Source of the DNA: Felis catus
Taxonomy: Eukaryota
Direction: 5' to 3'
NCBI RefSeq assembly: GCF_018350175.1
Contig: NC_058368.1
Location: 173,974,001-174,038,000 of the forward strand
DNA length: 64,000 bases
The translations under genes were made by a program, and so were the position numbers. The notes beneath the pieces are model-generated. The model was not told the DNA's origin. It was given only the letters and a program-made list of their open reading frames with translations, and ran no database searches. Below are positions 47,454-59,915 of this stretch, in pieces; position 1 is the first letter of the stretch; every line of letters begins with the position of its first letter.

Positions 47454-49807
47454 CTAGTTAACTTTTTGAAAGTACGGAATATTTAAAAAATAAATATATA
47501 TTATATCAAGTACAATACATTGTAATATGTGAAATATAATATATTGAATATTATAAAGTATTAATACAATATACATAATGTTATAACATGTAAAATATAA
47601 TAATTGTTTTAATGTCCTTTTTTGCTTATTCTAACATTTGTGTCAGTTCTAGATCGATTTTGACTGATTTTCTCCTCATTGTGGGTCATATTTTCCTGCT
47701 TCTTTCCATGCCTATAAATCTTTTATTGGATGCCAAACATTGTGAATTTTACCTTGTTGGTTGCTGGCTATTTTAATATTTCTACAAAGACTCTTGAGCT
47801 TTACTTTGGAAAGCACCTTCATTACTTGAAAACAGTTTATTTTCTGTATCTTGCTTTCAAGATTACTGCATGGGACCAGACCATGTATTAGTGAAGGGCT
47901 AATCATTCCTCATTCCCAAGGCAGGACTGCGAATGTTCTGCCCAAACCCTGTGAAGCTTGAGGCTTTACAGACCGGATGGTAGGGACAGGCAATGTTCCC
48001 GGCCTGTGCCAGGACCCAAGGCTGTCCCTCTAATGCTGTCGGAGGACGAATCTTTTCCGGCCTCGGGTAGTTTCCTCACACACCCACACGTACTGCTCAG
48101 TGCTCTGCTAAATGCTCCAGGGCCCTCTAGAGCTTTCCCCGCATGCTGGCTCGTCCCTGGCATTCTGTGCTGTGTGCTGTAGACACCCTAGTGTCTCCCA
48201 GCTCTCAGCTTTGTCTCTTCAACTCAAGTTGTCTGCCAGCCTCTCCTCCCTTCCTGCTCCCTAAAACACAGCCTGGACTTCCCCTCAGGCAGTGAGGTAG
48301 GGCAACTTCAGGGCTCACTTTGTTTGTTTTCTCCCTCACAGGGGTCTTTATCCGTTGTTGCTTTATGTCCACTGTCTTGAAAATGGTTGTTTCACATTTT
48401 TACTATGCTTTGTTGTTGTTGTTGTGTCAGATGGAAGGTTAAGTATGTTCCAACTTGCTGGAACAGAAAAGTACCTTTTTATTCCATGATCTTGTTTTCA
48501 AAATCCACCTGAGAAGAAACCTCCCTTTGTGACAACCAACAGCTTGACAAAGTGTGTTCCCATCATCATGTGATCGTTTTTCTCCTCAAAGCAAGCCTGT
48601 GAGGCAGGTGTCAGATCATTCCATTTTGTAGGTGAGGGAACCTAGCTGCAGAGAGGCAAAGGGACCTGTCCAACATCACACAGTCTAGAAGGGATTAAGT
48701 CTGGTCCCCACTCACTGTGCTGCCCATGTAGTTCCCAGGAGAGGAAACGGAGTCACAGGAAGTAAGGGTTGGTATTATATTTTTAGAAGTATTTATTGGG
48801 GGAGGGGGGATAAATAGGTGGGCTCAGAGAATAATATTTCCAAGGTCACAGGGCTAATGAGCCTAGAGCTTGCAGAGGGCCGGGGGTCTCAGTGAGTGGT
48901 CTTCCTACTGCCTTCCTACCTCCCCTCCACCTACTACAGACAGGGAAGTGTGTTTTCTAGCTAATGCATCCTGCCAGAGAGGAGAATTAGGCTTTTTGCC
49001 AGAGCTGTGGTCCTGGGGGTCTGGAACTCGGCCTGGCTTTGTGAACAATCTTGGGATGAGGGGGAGGGGAAGTGGGTGGGGACTGGGAAGCACTGGTTAC
49101 TCACCTGGGAGTGATGGGGGTGGCGTGGGGAGGAAAAAGAAGGTGCCAGAAGGCCGGAGGTGGGCTTGTGGGAACTGAGGTTAGGGGCATGGTGGGGGCA
49201 TGGCACCTGGCAGCAGGGGCTGTGTCCAGCTGGCTCCCAGGGCCTCCTGCTTTGTGTGATTATCCCTGCTCCCTCCTTTCCCTGAATGGGAAAAGTGGGG
49301 AAACAAAATAATGAAGCAGGTGGGGTGTTAGAGAGGCAGACAGCTTGCCGGGCTGGGCAACACTGACGACTGGAGGGTGGGGGAGGGAGGTGCAGGGGGT
49401 GAATGTGCAGATCTGAACTCTCAGAAACCAGGGTGCAGGGGACTCAGCCTGGGTGTGCAGCGTCTCAGGTAGAGGTACCAGAGGGTGACGCCGAGGGACA
49501 GGACCTCCCTGGGAAGGTGATATGGCCTTTTCCTAGCTGTGGGGGAGGCTTTGAAATGTTCTTGGACAATTATTTTTAGTGAGATTCCCTTTTGACTGGG
49601 CTTTTAAAAGTATAGAATGGAATGGAACATAATAGTTACCATTTACTCAGTGGCTACTGTGTGCTCAGAACCCTTTTCACATGCGTCAACTCAGTTCGTA
49701 TCACAATTACTTTCTGAGGTAGGGACTATCACTAACTGCATTTGACAGCTGAAGAATCTGAGTCTCAGGGACATGGTGGTTCACTCAAGCACTCTCTGCT
49801 TTGATTA

Positions 49808-50083
49808 TTTTGTTTTATTTTTAAAAACCTTTAATGTTTATTTTTGAAAGAGAGAGAGAGAGAGAGAGAGAGGAAGAGGGAGAGAGGGAGAGAGGGAGAG
49901 AGGGAGAGAGAGAGAGCATGAACAGGGGAGGGGCAGAGAGAGAGGGAGACACAGAATCCAAAACAGGCTCCAGGCTCTGACTTGTCAGCGCAGAGCCTGA
50001 CACGGGGGTTGAGCTCACAAACCATGAGATCGTGACCTGAGCCAAAGTCAGACGCTTAACCAACTAAGCCACCCAAGTGCCCC
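49808..50083 (-). mobile_element. SINEC_Fc-like SINE with an expanded (GA)n region
   Basis: Typical body; tgatta flanks. Confidence 0.9.
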
Positions 50084-51523
50084 TGATTAGTTTATTTTAA
50101 ATGAGAGAGATGTGCATGGGGGAACCAGAGCCTGCTTGTAGACAGAACTCACCTGTGGGTTTTTTGTTTTCCTTTTTGTTTTTTTCCCCAGGACCTGCTC
50201 TTCAGCTTGGCACATTGGAGCTGGAGGGCAAGGTGAGGGTGGTGGGTTGGGAAAGGAAAAGGGAATTGAAGACACATTGGACGCCAAAGAAAAAAAGGAA
50301 ACTTCAGGTATAGTCTTGCAACAACCCTGCCTTGTAGATATCGAGAGGACTCCTGTCATGTTGTCTACACAAGCAGGAGCTGCAAACCCAGCACTACCTC
50401 TCCAGGGGGAGTGTGTTTGGCCCCAGCTGTGCCAGGCAGGTATTCCGTCTCCCTGGCCACAGTGATTGGGCCATGCGTGAGCATGTGACCTAAACCAGGC
50501 CAATCACATCCTGTCTTAGGATTTTTTTTTTTTTTAAATAGAGCTGACAACCCTATTTATCCCCTTAGCAAAGCAAAGCATAGCTATCATTTGATAGACA
50601 CATTCTTCACCCTGTGGAGACACTGACTTGAAAAAAATGAAGCAGACATGCAGATAGAAGCAAAGGAAAATAGGAAGTTCTAATGACATCTCTCTCTCCC
50701 CCTCCCCCAAACTGGATTTCTGTTTAGAGGGCTCTGTGCCTCTGAGCACATTGACTCCACTCAGCCCTCTGATCCCAGAGGGACCACTTGGCCTGGGCAA
50801 GGTCATTTGGCACATTCCCCTCCCCCACTGCAGAAATTGCCAGAGATGGGCAGTACCAACGCTGGTCCAGTCATTTTATCTGCCTCGTCTCTTTATTTTT
50901 TTTTTATTATTTTTTTATTTTTTTTGCCTCGTCTCTTTAAAGGCCCTGTCGCCAAATGCAGTCCCATTTCAAAGACCTGGGAATTAGTGCTTCAGCATGT
51001 GAATTTTGGGAGACTGCAATTCAGCCTGTCAACAACCCCCCCAGACTGAATTTGTGGATACTGTCTACAACACTTTATTATGGCCCTTCTAAGAAAGGGG
51101 AGGCCTCAGATGCAAACACCAGCCTTCCAGTCAGTGTAAAGAGCTACCACTTTCCACCCAGGTTGGACAAAATATATTGACTTTGGGTTTTTGTCAGACT
51201 TCTGTATAAATGTGTGCCCACCAGGATTCACTTCCTCCACATTTCATTAACTTATGATTTACTAAGACCTAATTGCTAGACACAGTAGGACTGGGTGAGG
51301 GGTGAGTAGAAGATCCTGGGGAAGAGCACTGGCTGTGGAGTCAGGGAGATATGAGATCCAATTCTGACATCACCCATCTGCCCGCTCTGTGACTTTGGAC
51401 ACATGAATTACCCTCTCTGGGCCTCAAATTCTTCATCTGCAAAGGGAAATGATAATTGTATTGGTCAGAACCCTAGTTACAAGTGACAAAATTGTAAACT
51501 AATGAGCTTGAGCAAAGATGAAG

Positions 51524-51750
51524 TTTTTTTTAGGCTTTTTAACAAAATGTTTATTTATTTTTGAGATAGAGAGCTAATGCATGTGAGTGAGAGCACAAGT
51601 GGGGGAGGGGCGGAGAGAGAGGGACAGGGGGTTGGAAGTGGGCTCTGTGCTGACAGCAGGGTGCTCAGTATGGGGCTTGAACTGGCAAACCGTGAGATCA
51701 TGACCTGAGCCAAAGTCAGACCCTCAACCAACTGAACCACCCACGCGCCC
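51524..51750 (-). mobile_element. Carnivore SINE
   Basis: TSD caaagatgaa(g/c)tt. Confidence 0.88.
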
Positions 51751-52617
51751 CAAAGATGAACTTCTGATCTGATAGGTGCGTTGAGCAGGTGCATATTCCC
51801 CTGCTCTCTCCCCAAAGGCCCCTGTAGTGACAAAGGAGGCTTTAAAGGGTATTGGCTCACAATAACTAAGAGAATAAAGAGAGGATATAACAGCAACAAA
51901 AGAAACTGCTGGAAAGAAACTAGATGGATGCTAACTATCTTAGCAGGTCAGAAGAAACAGAAACCTAGGCCATCCATGGGGGAAAGCCAGAAGTTGACCA
52001 GTTAGCACCCCACATCTCCAGAAAATCTCCAGGGATTAAAGGCACCAGGTACGTCTGTTCCCATCTTGTCTGTCAGCCCTGCGGCTAGTGGAGCATGGGC
52101 ACCAGCTCTTCTGCCCACGCTCCGACTGGAGCTTCAGCTTCTAGTGGGGCGTCTGTGGCCAGCCAGACTGCCCACAGTAGAGGCCAGCTGACTGCAGCAG
52201 CCATGTGTTTCCCTTCTTTGCCCCGGTGTGGTCTGTGCACTTCTTCAAACAGAGCATTCCAGCAGCCTGTATTTTCAAAGCGTCCTGGTACTCATACGGC
52301 AGACTACAGGCATCTGACATATTGGCCACCCCTCCCCACGTTGAGGCCAGTGACCAACTCAGGACTTCCCTCGTGGATGTCTCTTTCTCAAAGCCCATTT
52401 CTTGGGATCATGGATGCAAGTTTTTGCTAATGGAGTCCCTAAAGTGTGCCACACTTTGTGCTAGGCCAGTGGGAGGCAGAGGCAAGTTAGCCTGGCTATA
52501 ATCCCATGGTGAGAGGAGCTTTCTACACAGGAAAGTGGCACTGTGATAGGATTTGGCATAATGGGATTTGGCCCAAATTATCCTTGAACTCCTTAGGCCT
52601 GGGTCTGCAGAATGCTT

Positions 52618-52677
52618 TTTGTAGCTGAAATTGAAACAGTAAAACAGTTTGTAGCTGAAATTGAAACAGTAAAACAG
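52618..52677. repeat. Perfect 30-bp tandem duplication
   Basis: tttgtagctgaaattgaaacagtaaaacag occurs twice in a row. Confidence 0.92.
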
Positions 52678-53769
52678 TAAAACACCAAGTGGGGATGTCT
52701 TGGGAAATGTTTCCAGGACTTCAGTGTTTCCTGAGGGCTTTCATTATTTCATTTGATCCCGTCTGTTAAATGAGCAATAATCTCATTTTCCTGGTGGGTG
52801 CAACCAAGGCTCATAAAAAGTAAGGATCTGAGAGTCACACAGACTGGGGCAAGGTCTCTTGAGTCCATTTCCCCTGCCTTGCCACACGGTGGCTCGGGCA
52901 GGGAAGGGGCAGTGCAGACTGGCAGTACTTGAACACCAGATGTTCATACTGATGTCCTCAGATCCTCCATCAACCCCGTGAGGTCAGTCTCACTATCCCC
53001 TCCTTCGTACAGTGACTGAGGCTCAGAAGGTTTAGGTGACTTGTCCAGAGACCCAAGCCAGGAAGCTCAGAAAAGCTGTCAAAGAGAATCCAAGAGCTCC
53101 TTGAGGTCATCTGCAAAATAGTTTACATTTGCACCTCAGTCCCTTTTTTAGAGTGAAGGGTCTAAAACTTTCAACAGATTCTCAAGGTCAGTAATTCCAC
53201 AATGGTAAGGAAGCACTGACTTAAGCCAAGGTCTTTCTGATCCCAAGGCCTGAGCTCCGAATCCCCCCTCCACTTGATCCTGGTTAAAAGAACACCCTTT
53301 AAAGTCAAACCTATGAGCTTTGGGACCACATCCTGGCTCTGCCACGTACTAGCTGTGAGGCTTCATTTCCTCATTTGTAAAATTGGATTCATTTATTCAA
53401 CACATATTTTATCAAGCTCTTGCTCTGACTCAGATACTATTGTAGGCACTCAAGTACATAATAGTGAACAAAACAATGTCCCTGCTGTCATTGATCTTCT
53501 GTTGTAGTGAACAAATAAATGCTTGTGGGGAGGTGGTAAGTGCTGTGGAGCAAAATGAAGTGGGGTAAGGGGGACAGGTGTGCTGTGGGTAGGGGAGGGG
53601 GCTACTGTTTTATATAGGGGGCTCAGGGAAGCTCCTCTGATGACCATTAAGCTAAGACCTGAATGGAGGAGAGCATCACATGTCCATCAGGAGGGAGAGC
53701 CTTCTAAGAAAAGGAGGCAGTGGGGGGGGGGGGGGGAAACATACGCCATAAATTCACTCATACAATTCA

Positions 53770-53960
53770 GGGGGCACCTGGGTGGCTCAGTCATTCAAGT
53801 GTCTGATTTTGGCTCAGGTCGTGATCTCAGGGTTTGTGAGTTCAAGCCCCATGTTGGGTTCTGTGCTGACAGCTCAGAGCCTGGAGCCTGCTTCAGATTC
53901 TGTGTCTCCCTCTCTCTCTGCCCCTCCCCTACTCTCTCTCTCTCTGTCAAAAATAAACAC
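53770..53960 (+). mobile_element. SINEC_Fc-like SINE
   Basis: gggggcacctgggtggctcag...(CT)n aaaaataaaca. Confidence 0.9.
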
Positions 53961-54450
53961 TAAAGTATGCAATTCAATGATTTTAACTACACTCAAGGGG
54001 TGCAACCATCACCACAGTCAACTTGAAAACATTTTCATCACCTCAAACCCCATACCTCTTAGCTATCACCCCACAACTCCCCATAATCTCCCCTTCCCCC
54101 TGGCCTAGGCAACCACTGATGTACTTTCTATCTCTGTAGATTTGCCTATTCTGGACATTTCCTATAAATGGAGTCATGTAATATGTGGCCCTAGAGTCTT
54201 GAGGGTTCTTTGTATGGTCTGGATACAAATTTTTCTAAGTCAGGCACATGATTTGCAAACATATTGCAAGCATCTCAGGTTATGTGGTCTTCATATTCTC
54301 TTAACAGTGTCTTTTGAAGAGTAGACATTCTTAATTTTCATGATGTCCAATTTACCAACTTTTTTTTGGTCATTCTTTTCATGCTGTATCTAAGAAGTCT
54401 GCCTAGCCCGTGATCACAAAGATTTTTCTCTTATGTTGCTCATAGAGGTA
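53961..54450 (-). mobile_element. Old L1M 3' end remnant
   Basis: caaccatcaccacagtc...ctggacatttcctataaatggagtcatgtaatatgtgg. Confidence 0.7.
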
Positions 54451-54989
54451 TTAATTTTTTCCCAAGAAAGACCAGAAATTGGTTTTTCATGGGAAAAAAT
54501 TCAGTTTGTAAGTGTTTTTAAAATAAAACATGTCTATGGACTAGAAAAAGACCACAGGCTACCAGTTTTCATACATTAGTGTATATTATTTGCAAAATTG
54601 CTTATAATTGGCTGTTTTCGCTCTGTTCAAACAGGAGTTTCATGTGTTTCAAAAGGATACTCCTTGCACATTGCTGAATTATAGGCAGCCAACTGAGTTA
54701 CAGATGCCTGTGGGGTATACTGGCACACCTTGGTCTGTCCTTTGCTTTTTAAAATTTTTATTTCTCTGGTCAAGTCCCTTGAGTTTGCTAAGTCATCTCT
54801 ATGACAGATGAAAAAACCAAGGCCTATGGAAGTAAAGCATCTTGCCCGACGATGCCCAGCGGGGCTCCACTCATTTGGACTGGCTGTAAAGCTCAGAGGT
54901 CACCTGGCACTGTGCTCTCCAAAGCAGAGGCCTCCACAAACACACTTGAACTTCACATTTTAAATATACTTAACTATTTAAACATTGTA

Positions 54990-55530
54990 ATAAATGCAAC
55001 AAGAACGTCAGATATGTTGCATGCTAAATATTAACATTTTGGAGATGGCCAGCATAGTTTCTTAAGCTGTTAAGTCAGATACGTGAAACCTTCAAGTTTC
55101 TTCTTTTTTCTCTGTTTGTATAATTGAAAAGAATACTGAAATTGCAAAGCAAACTTTTAAATACTGCTAGCATATCCAACTCCTATTTGTTGCAACTAGG
55201 GATTATCTTCATATTTACAATTTTAAAAAGAGTAAGGCTTTAAAAAGTCAGTGCTGGGGCACCTGGGTGGCTCAGTCGGTTGGGCGTCCGACTTCAGCTC
55301 AGGTCATGATCTCGCGGTCCGTGAGTTCGAGCCCCGCGTCGGGCTCTGTGCTGACAGCTCAGAGCCTGGAGCCTGTTTCAGATTCTGTGTCTCCCTCTCT
55401 CTCTCTGACCTTCCCCCATTCATGCTCTGTCTCTGTCTGTCTCAAAACTGAATAAACGTTAAAAAAAATTAAAAAAAAAAAAAGTCAGTGCTGAGGTTGA
55501 AACATGACTGTGTCTGTCATCCATAATATC
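54990..55530 (+). mobile_element. Possible degenerate hAT-Charlie transposase 3' remnant, split by a SINE
   Basis: catatccaactcctatttgttgcaactagggattatc resembles the decayed PFPTTYLCExGFS dimerisation motif. Confidence 0.4.
55256..55478 (+). mobile_element. SINEC_Fc-like SINE
   Basis: TSD aaaaagtcagtgctg on both sides. Confidence 0.93.
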
Positions 55531-55564
55531 TCGTTTCCTATTCTTTTTTTTTAAACTTCCTATT

Positions 55565-55759
55565 CTTTTTTTAAATTTATTTTAGAGAGAGAGTGTGTGT
55601 GTGAGCTGAGGAGAGGGGCAGAGGGAGAGAGAGACAATCCTAAGTAGGCTCGATGCTCAGCACGGAACCCAATGTGGGCTAACCCACAGGTAGCAAGACC
55701 CTGGGATGATGATATGTACTGAAATCAAGAGTCAGACGCTCAACCGACCGAGCCACCCC
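55565..55759 (-). mobile_element. Diverged carnivore SINE
   Basis: Typical body; taaacttc(c/t)tatt flanks. Confidence 0.8.
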
Positions 55760-56439
55760 TAAACTTCTTATTACTTTTGACTCACTAAAACAATATTATT
55801 GATCTCAGGGATTGACCTTATAATAAGTAAATGTTATAGAGTTTGTGCAGAGGTACCAAAGCTTGTCTTTTCCTGCAAGAGGAAGACTACACTTCCCAGA
55901 GTCCTTTGCATTTGAACAGAGGCACTGGGTGCTGAGGGCCACCAGGCTGTGGGCTGAAGTAGTGTATGCTCCCCTCCCCCCGCCCCCCTCCTTCTGCAGA
56001 GGTCGGGGCTTTATTTTTTAAATAGACAATCACAAGATAGTGAGATGGTGGGTCACTGACTGCGGGAGCTGGAGATCTGCCATGAAATGCTCTCTGAACT
56101 ACATTGAACTGTGACATGAGCAACACACATGTGTGTTCAGCGACTGGGATGTTGGGTTTATTTGTTATTACAACAAATCCTGGTCTACCCTAATACAGGA
56201 TTAAACAAATAAAAGTTTCTAAGAAAACATAGCTCTTATCTCTTTTATATTTGGTTCCATGTATTATTAATTGGAAAGTAAAAATTTCTGCTACTATAAA
56301 ATATCCAAAAATCAGTGGTGGAGTTTGATGTCTTACTCTCACAGGTCAGAGAGGAGCAGTGACTTGTCCAATGTCACACAGATGAGGTAGGGCTAGAATC
56401 CAGTTAAGGGACATCTGTAATCTTAGTCTGCCCTTTCTT

Positions 56440-56900
56440 TTAGCAATGGCAATTGAATTTTCGCATTTCATACTCAGGCCATCTGCTTCATGGAGGACTT
56501 ATTCTCATCCCTCATCTCCAGGCCTGGCTAATCTATGTAATCTATCACTGAGGCCTCATTGATTAGCTTGATGATAGACATATGACCCAGGCTGGATAAA
56601 TCAAAGCTAATCCCTGTATTTTTGCTGGAAAAATAGTCACTCTTCATAGGTTGTTGAACCAATAGGATATGTCTCTGGTTGCTGAGGGCTGTCTTAGCAC
56701 ATCTAGGTTGAGAATGAAGCTAACACAGGGGAAAGCAGAGTTGAAAGATGGAGAGAGACAGATTATGCTTGATGGTGGTGTTTGAGCACCTGGAACCAAC
56801 CATGCCTGAAGTCTGAGTTTTACTCACATGAGCCAATATATTTCCTTTTTTCCGTTTATGCCATTTTTGATTGATTTTCTGTCACTTGCATCTGAAATTA
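56440..56900 (+). mobile_element. MLT1-like (MaLR) LTR remnant
   Basis: gaagctaacacaggggaaagcagag...tttgagcacctgga...catgcctgaag...catgagccaata...ttttctgtcacttgca. Confidence 0.65.
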
Positions 56901-57169
56901 TTCAGACTTCTACAAACCGTTTTGTGCTCTTTTCACTAACAGACAGGAATTACTATGTTTTTCTATTTTACTGGTAAGGAAGATTCAAGGCTTGGTGACT
57001 CTCTTTTGTCTTGGGAATGCCCCACATGGGAACTCTTCATTGCCTCCAGTTCCCACTTGAGTGTGGACATATTTTATCCTAAGTTTCACAAAGGGTTGTT
57101 GAACATAACATCCATCACAAAGTAGGTGCTCAAACATTGTTGAAATGAAGCAAAGAAAACATCCTCACA

Positions 57170-57840
57170 AAAAAGTGTACAAAGTGTATGAAGAGGCAGT
57201 TCACAGAAAAAGGAATACCAATGACAAGATCTCCAAGCTCACTAAGAATTAAGAAAGACAGATAAAGTGAGATCTGTTTTTTACCCACGGGTTTGTCGAA
57301 GAGCTGAATGTTGCCTAATACCTGGGGATGGGGAAACAGATCCTTTCATGAGCTGGCACATGCCTCTTTGGAGGGTAATTTGGCAATGTCTGTTGAATGT
57401 GAAAATACACCTGCTTCCTGCTTGAAATTTATCGTACAGGTAAACACCAACAAATATGGAAAGATGCAAGTAAAAGACTGTTTAGTATAGTATTATTTGT
57501 AACAGCAAAAACCAGAAACGAATTCCCATTAAGAAGGGGACTGTCTAAATGAATCACAGTACATCTAGACCGTGGAATAAATTTCAGCTGCTAAGAGAAG
57601 AATGAGGTGGCCCTGGACGTGTGGGTGTGGAAAGGTATCCAGGGTATACCATGTTGGTAGGGGAGGACAGGATGTGTGGCACGATGCTGTTTGTGTTGAA
57701 ACAAAAATGAAATCTTACCAAAGTTAAGATGAAATTCAGTTGGAAAGTGGGAATAAAGGATCAGGAGGCTTTTACCTTTAACTTATAAACTGTTCTTTAC
57801 GGTTTGATTTTTCAAAATTATGAACATCTATTACCTTACA
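57170..57840 (+). mobile_element. Ancient L1ME-like 3' end
   Basis: aggcagttcacagaaaaaggaatac...tctttggagggtaatttggcaatgtc...ttatttgtaacagcaaaa. Confidence 0.65.
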
Positions 57841-57880
57841 ATTTTGTTTACTTATTTGATTGCCTTTATTTTGACTATCA

Positions 57881-58093
57881 TTTTTCAAAAAATGCTTATT
57901 TGTTTATTTTGAGAGAGAGTGTGTGTGTGTGTGTGAGAAGGGGAGGGGCAGGGAGAAAGAGAGAGAATCCTAAGCAGGCTCTGTGCTGTCATCTCAGAGC
58001 CAACATGGGGCTTGATCTCATGCACTATGAGATCATGACCTGAGCTGAAATCAAGAGTCAGACACTTAATCAGCTGAGCCACCCAGGCGTCCC
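57881..58093 (-). mobile_element. Carnivore SINE
   Basis: Typical body; tgacta(t/c)catt flanks. Confidence 0.85.
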
Positions 58094-59419
58094 TAATGTG
58101 ACTACCATTAATAATAATGCACAAAGTGAAAACATCCAAAAGACACAAAGGGAGTTGTACAATTTTCCAGTTACCCTCTCCAGCTCCCTGTTGGAGAAGA
58201 AATGTATTCCTAGCATGTATTTATTGTATTTGGCAGGAGGAGGGGGAAGAGAGTGAGTGGGAAGGGTGGAGGGCATTGGCTGCTACTCTGTGGCCTGGTA
58301 TAGGGCTGCCCTTCTCAGGGTCACTCTCTTTCTTTGGCTTCCAGGCATCAGGCCCCCTGAAATCCCACTGACATGCTGGTGAAGACCTTCAGGGATGCCT
58401 TGGCTGTGGGCCTTCCAGGTCTGGGTCCTGCACTGCTGGGCCCTAGGGAGTGAGGTCCTGGGGCCCCCCAGCGCTGGCCCCCTTCCTGCCAGGTCCACTT
58501 GGGCCAGGCCTGCCTAGCGGATGCCCAAACACTCATTAGGCGAGATGGGGCTGTAGGCAAATATTTATTCCTGTGCAGCTGCGGGCTGAGTGGAGACCGC
58601 AGGTGCAGGGCAGAGTCCTGTTTACCCAGCATTGAGCCGGGCAGGCGCTGCCTGTTTGCTGAGCTCTATTCCTGGCCTGGCTTAGGTGCCCAGGAGGAAG
58701 ATGGGACAACAGAGGATGTGGCAGGTGGGGAGCTGGGAGTGCCTCCTTGGCAGCCAAACCCTGCACAGGCCTCAGTATAAAGGCTTGACTAGGCCCTGGG
58801 GTCATGTGAGACTGGCCTCTTCCTCTCTCCTCTTGCAGACTTTCCGTGTGCTGCTCACTGGGGGCTGGGCGAGGGGCAGGTCTTCCTTTAACCACCTCTG
58901 CCCTGGGCTGACTCCTGGTCATTCTTGGGTCTCCCTGACCACCTCCCACCCCAGAGTGGGTAGGTGCCCTGTTAGTGGTAGCCATGGCCCCACAGCTCAT
59001 GGAAATCACCTATTCATTTCCTCACACTTTCCTGGTTAGTGTTTGTCTTCTCTGCATCTAACAGAAGAGCAGGGACAGAGACAGTTTTGTTCCCCACGGT
59101 TTTCCCATCTCCTCCATAGAGACTGGCACCTCATAGGTGCTCACCGAATATTTCAGTGTTGGCCTGAGTGAAGCCAGGCAGGGGGAACTGCATGGGCAAA
59201 AGCACAGAGGTGAGATGGAGGGTTGAGGGGGTTGGGGTGGGAGAGGAAGCAAAGAGACCAGAGGCTGGAAAGTTATGTCCAGGCTGGGACTCTAAAAGGC
59301 CTTGAATGCCATGCCAATGAGTTTGGTTTTATCTAGACAGATATGGGAAATTGTTGGAACGTAAAGGAAATGCAACTAATACAGTGAGAAAATTATATAC
59401 TAGATTCTTCAAGTTGAAC

Positions 59420-59915
59420 AGTGTAAATTCTGAGGTTCATACAATGGCCTGCAAGGCCCTCATCATCTGCTGTCTCAACTGCATCCGCTTTCTGTCACCT
59501 TCCCCTTACTCACCTCAGCCCTGCTGGCCTTGCTGTTTCTTGAACACCAAAGGGACATGCCAGCTGCAGGGCCAATGCACTTGCTGTTCCTTTGTCTGGA
59601 AAGCTGTCTCCTTGGAATCATGATTTACCTCTTTACTCTGTTTAAATCTCAGCCTCCAATGCCACTTTACCAGAGAGACCTTCCATGATACTGTAGACAA
59701 AAGAGCCTCATTCCCCAGTGCTCTTATCCTGCTTTATTTTCTTTTGTAGTACTTGTTTCTATTTGCTTACTGTCTGTTTCCTCCACAGGAATGTCAGCTA
59801 CAAAAAGTCAAGGTATATCTCTTTTGTTTACTGCTATGTCTTCTAAGCCTAGAACTTGTACCTTTAGGCTCTAGGAATGCCTGTCAAGTGAACGAATGAA
59901 TGAATGAATGAGTGA
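59420..59915 (+). mobile_element. LINE-2 3' end
   Basis: acaatggcctgcaaggccct...ttgctgttcctttgtctgg...cttttgtttactgct...(tgaa)n terminus. Confidence 0.75.

Larger units (their letters stand above)
46051..48470 (-). mobile_element. Continuation of the ancient L1M (ORF2 remnant, then ORF1/5' remnants), interrupted by SINEs
   Basis: ttccatatgaattttggaattagcttgtcaattt...; gtttctgatgagaagtctg ORF1-like text; end boundary approximate. Confidence 0.6.

Noticed and set aside
1094..58148. Recurrent short ORFs of the MAQSVKHLTLAQVMISRF...SLEPASDSVSP type that look like a gene family
   Set aside because: They are translations of carnivore SINE bodies
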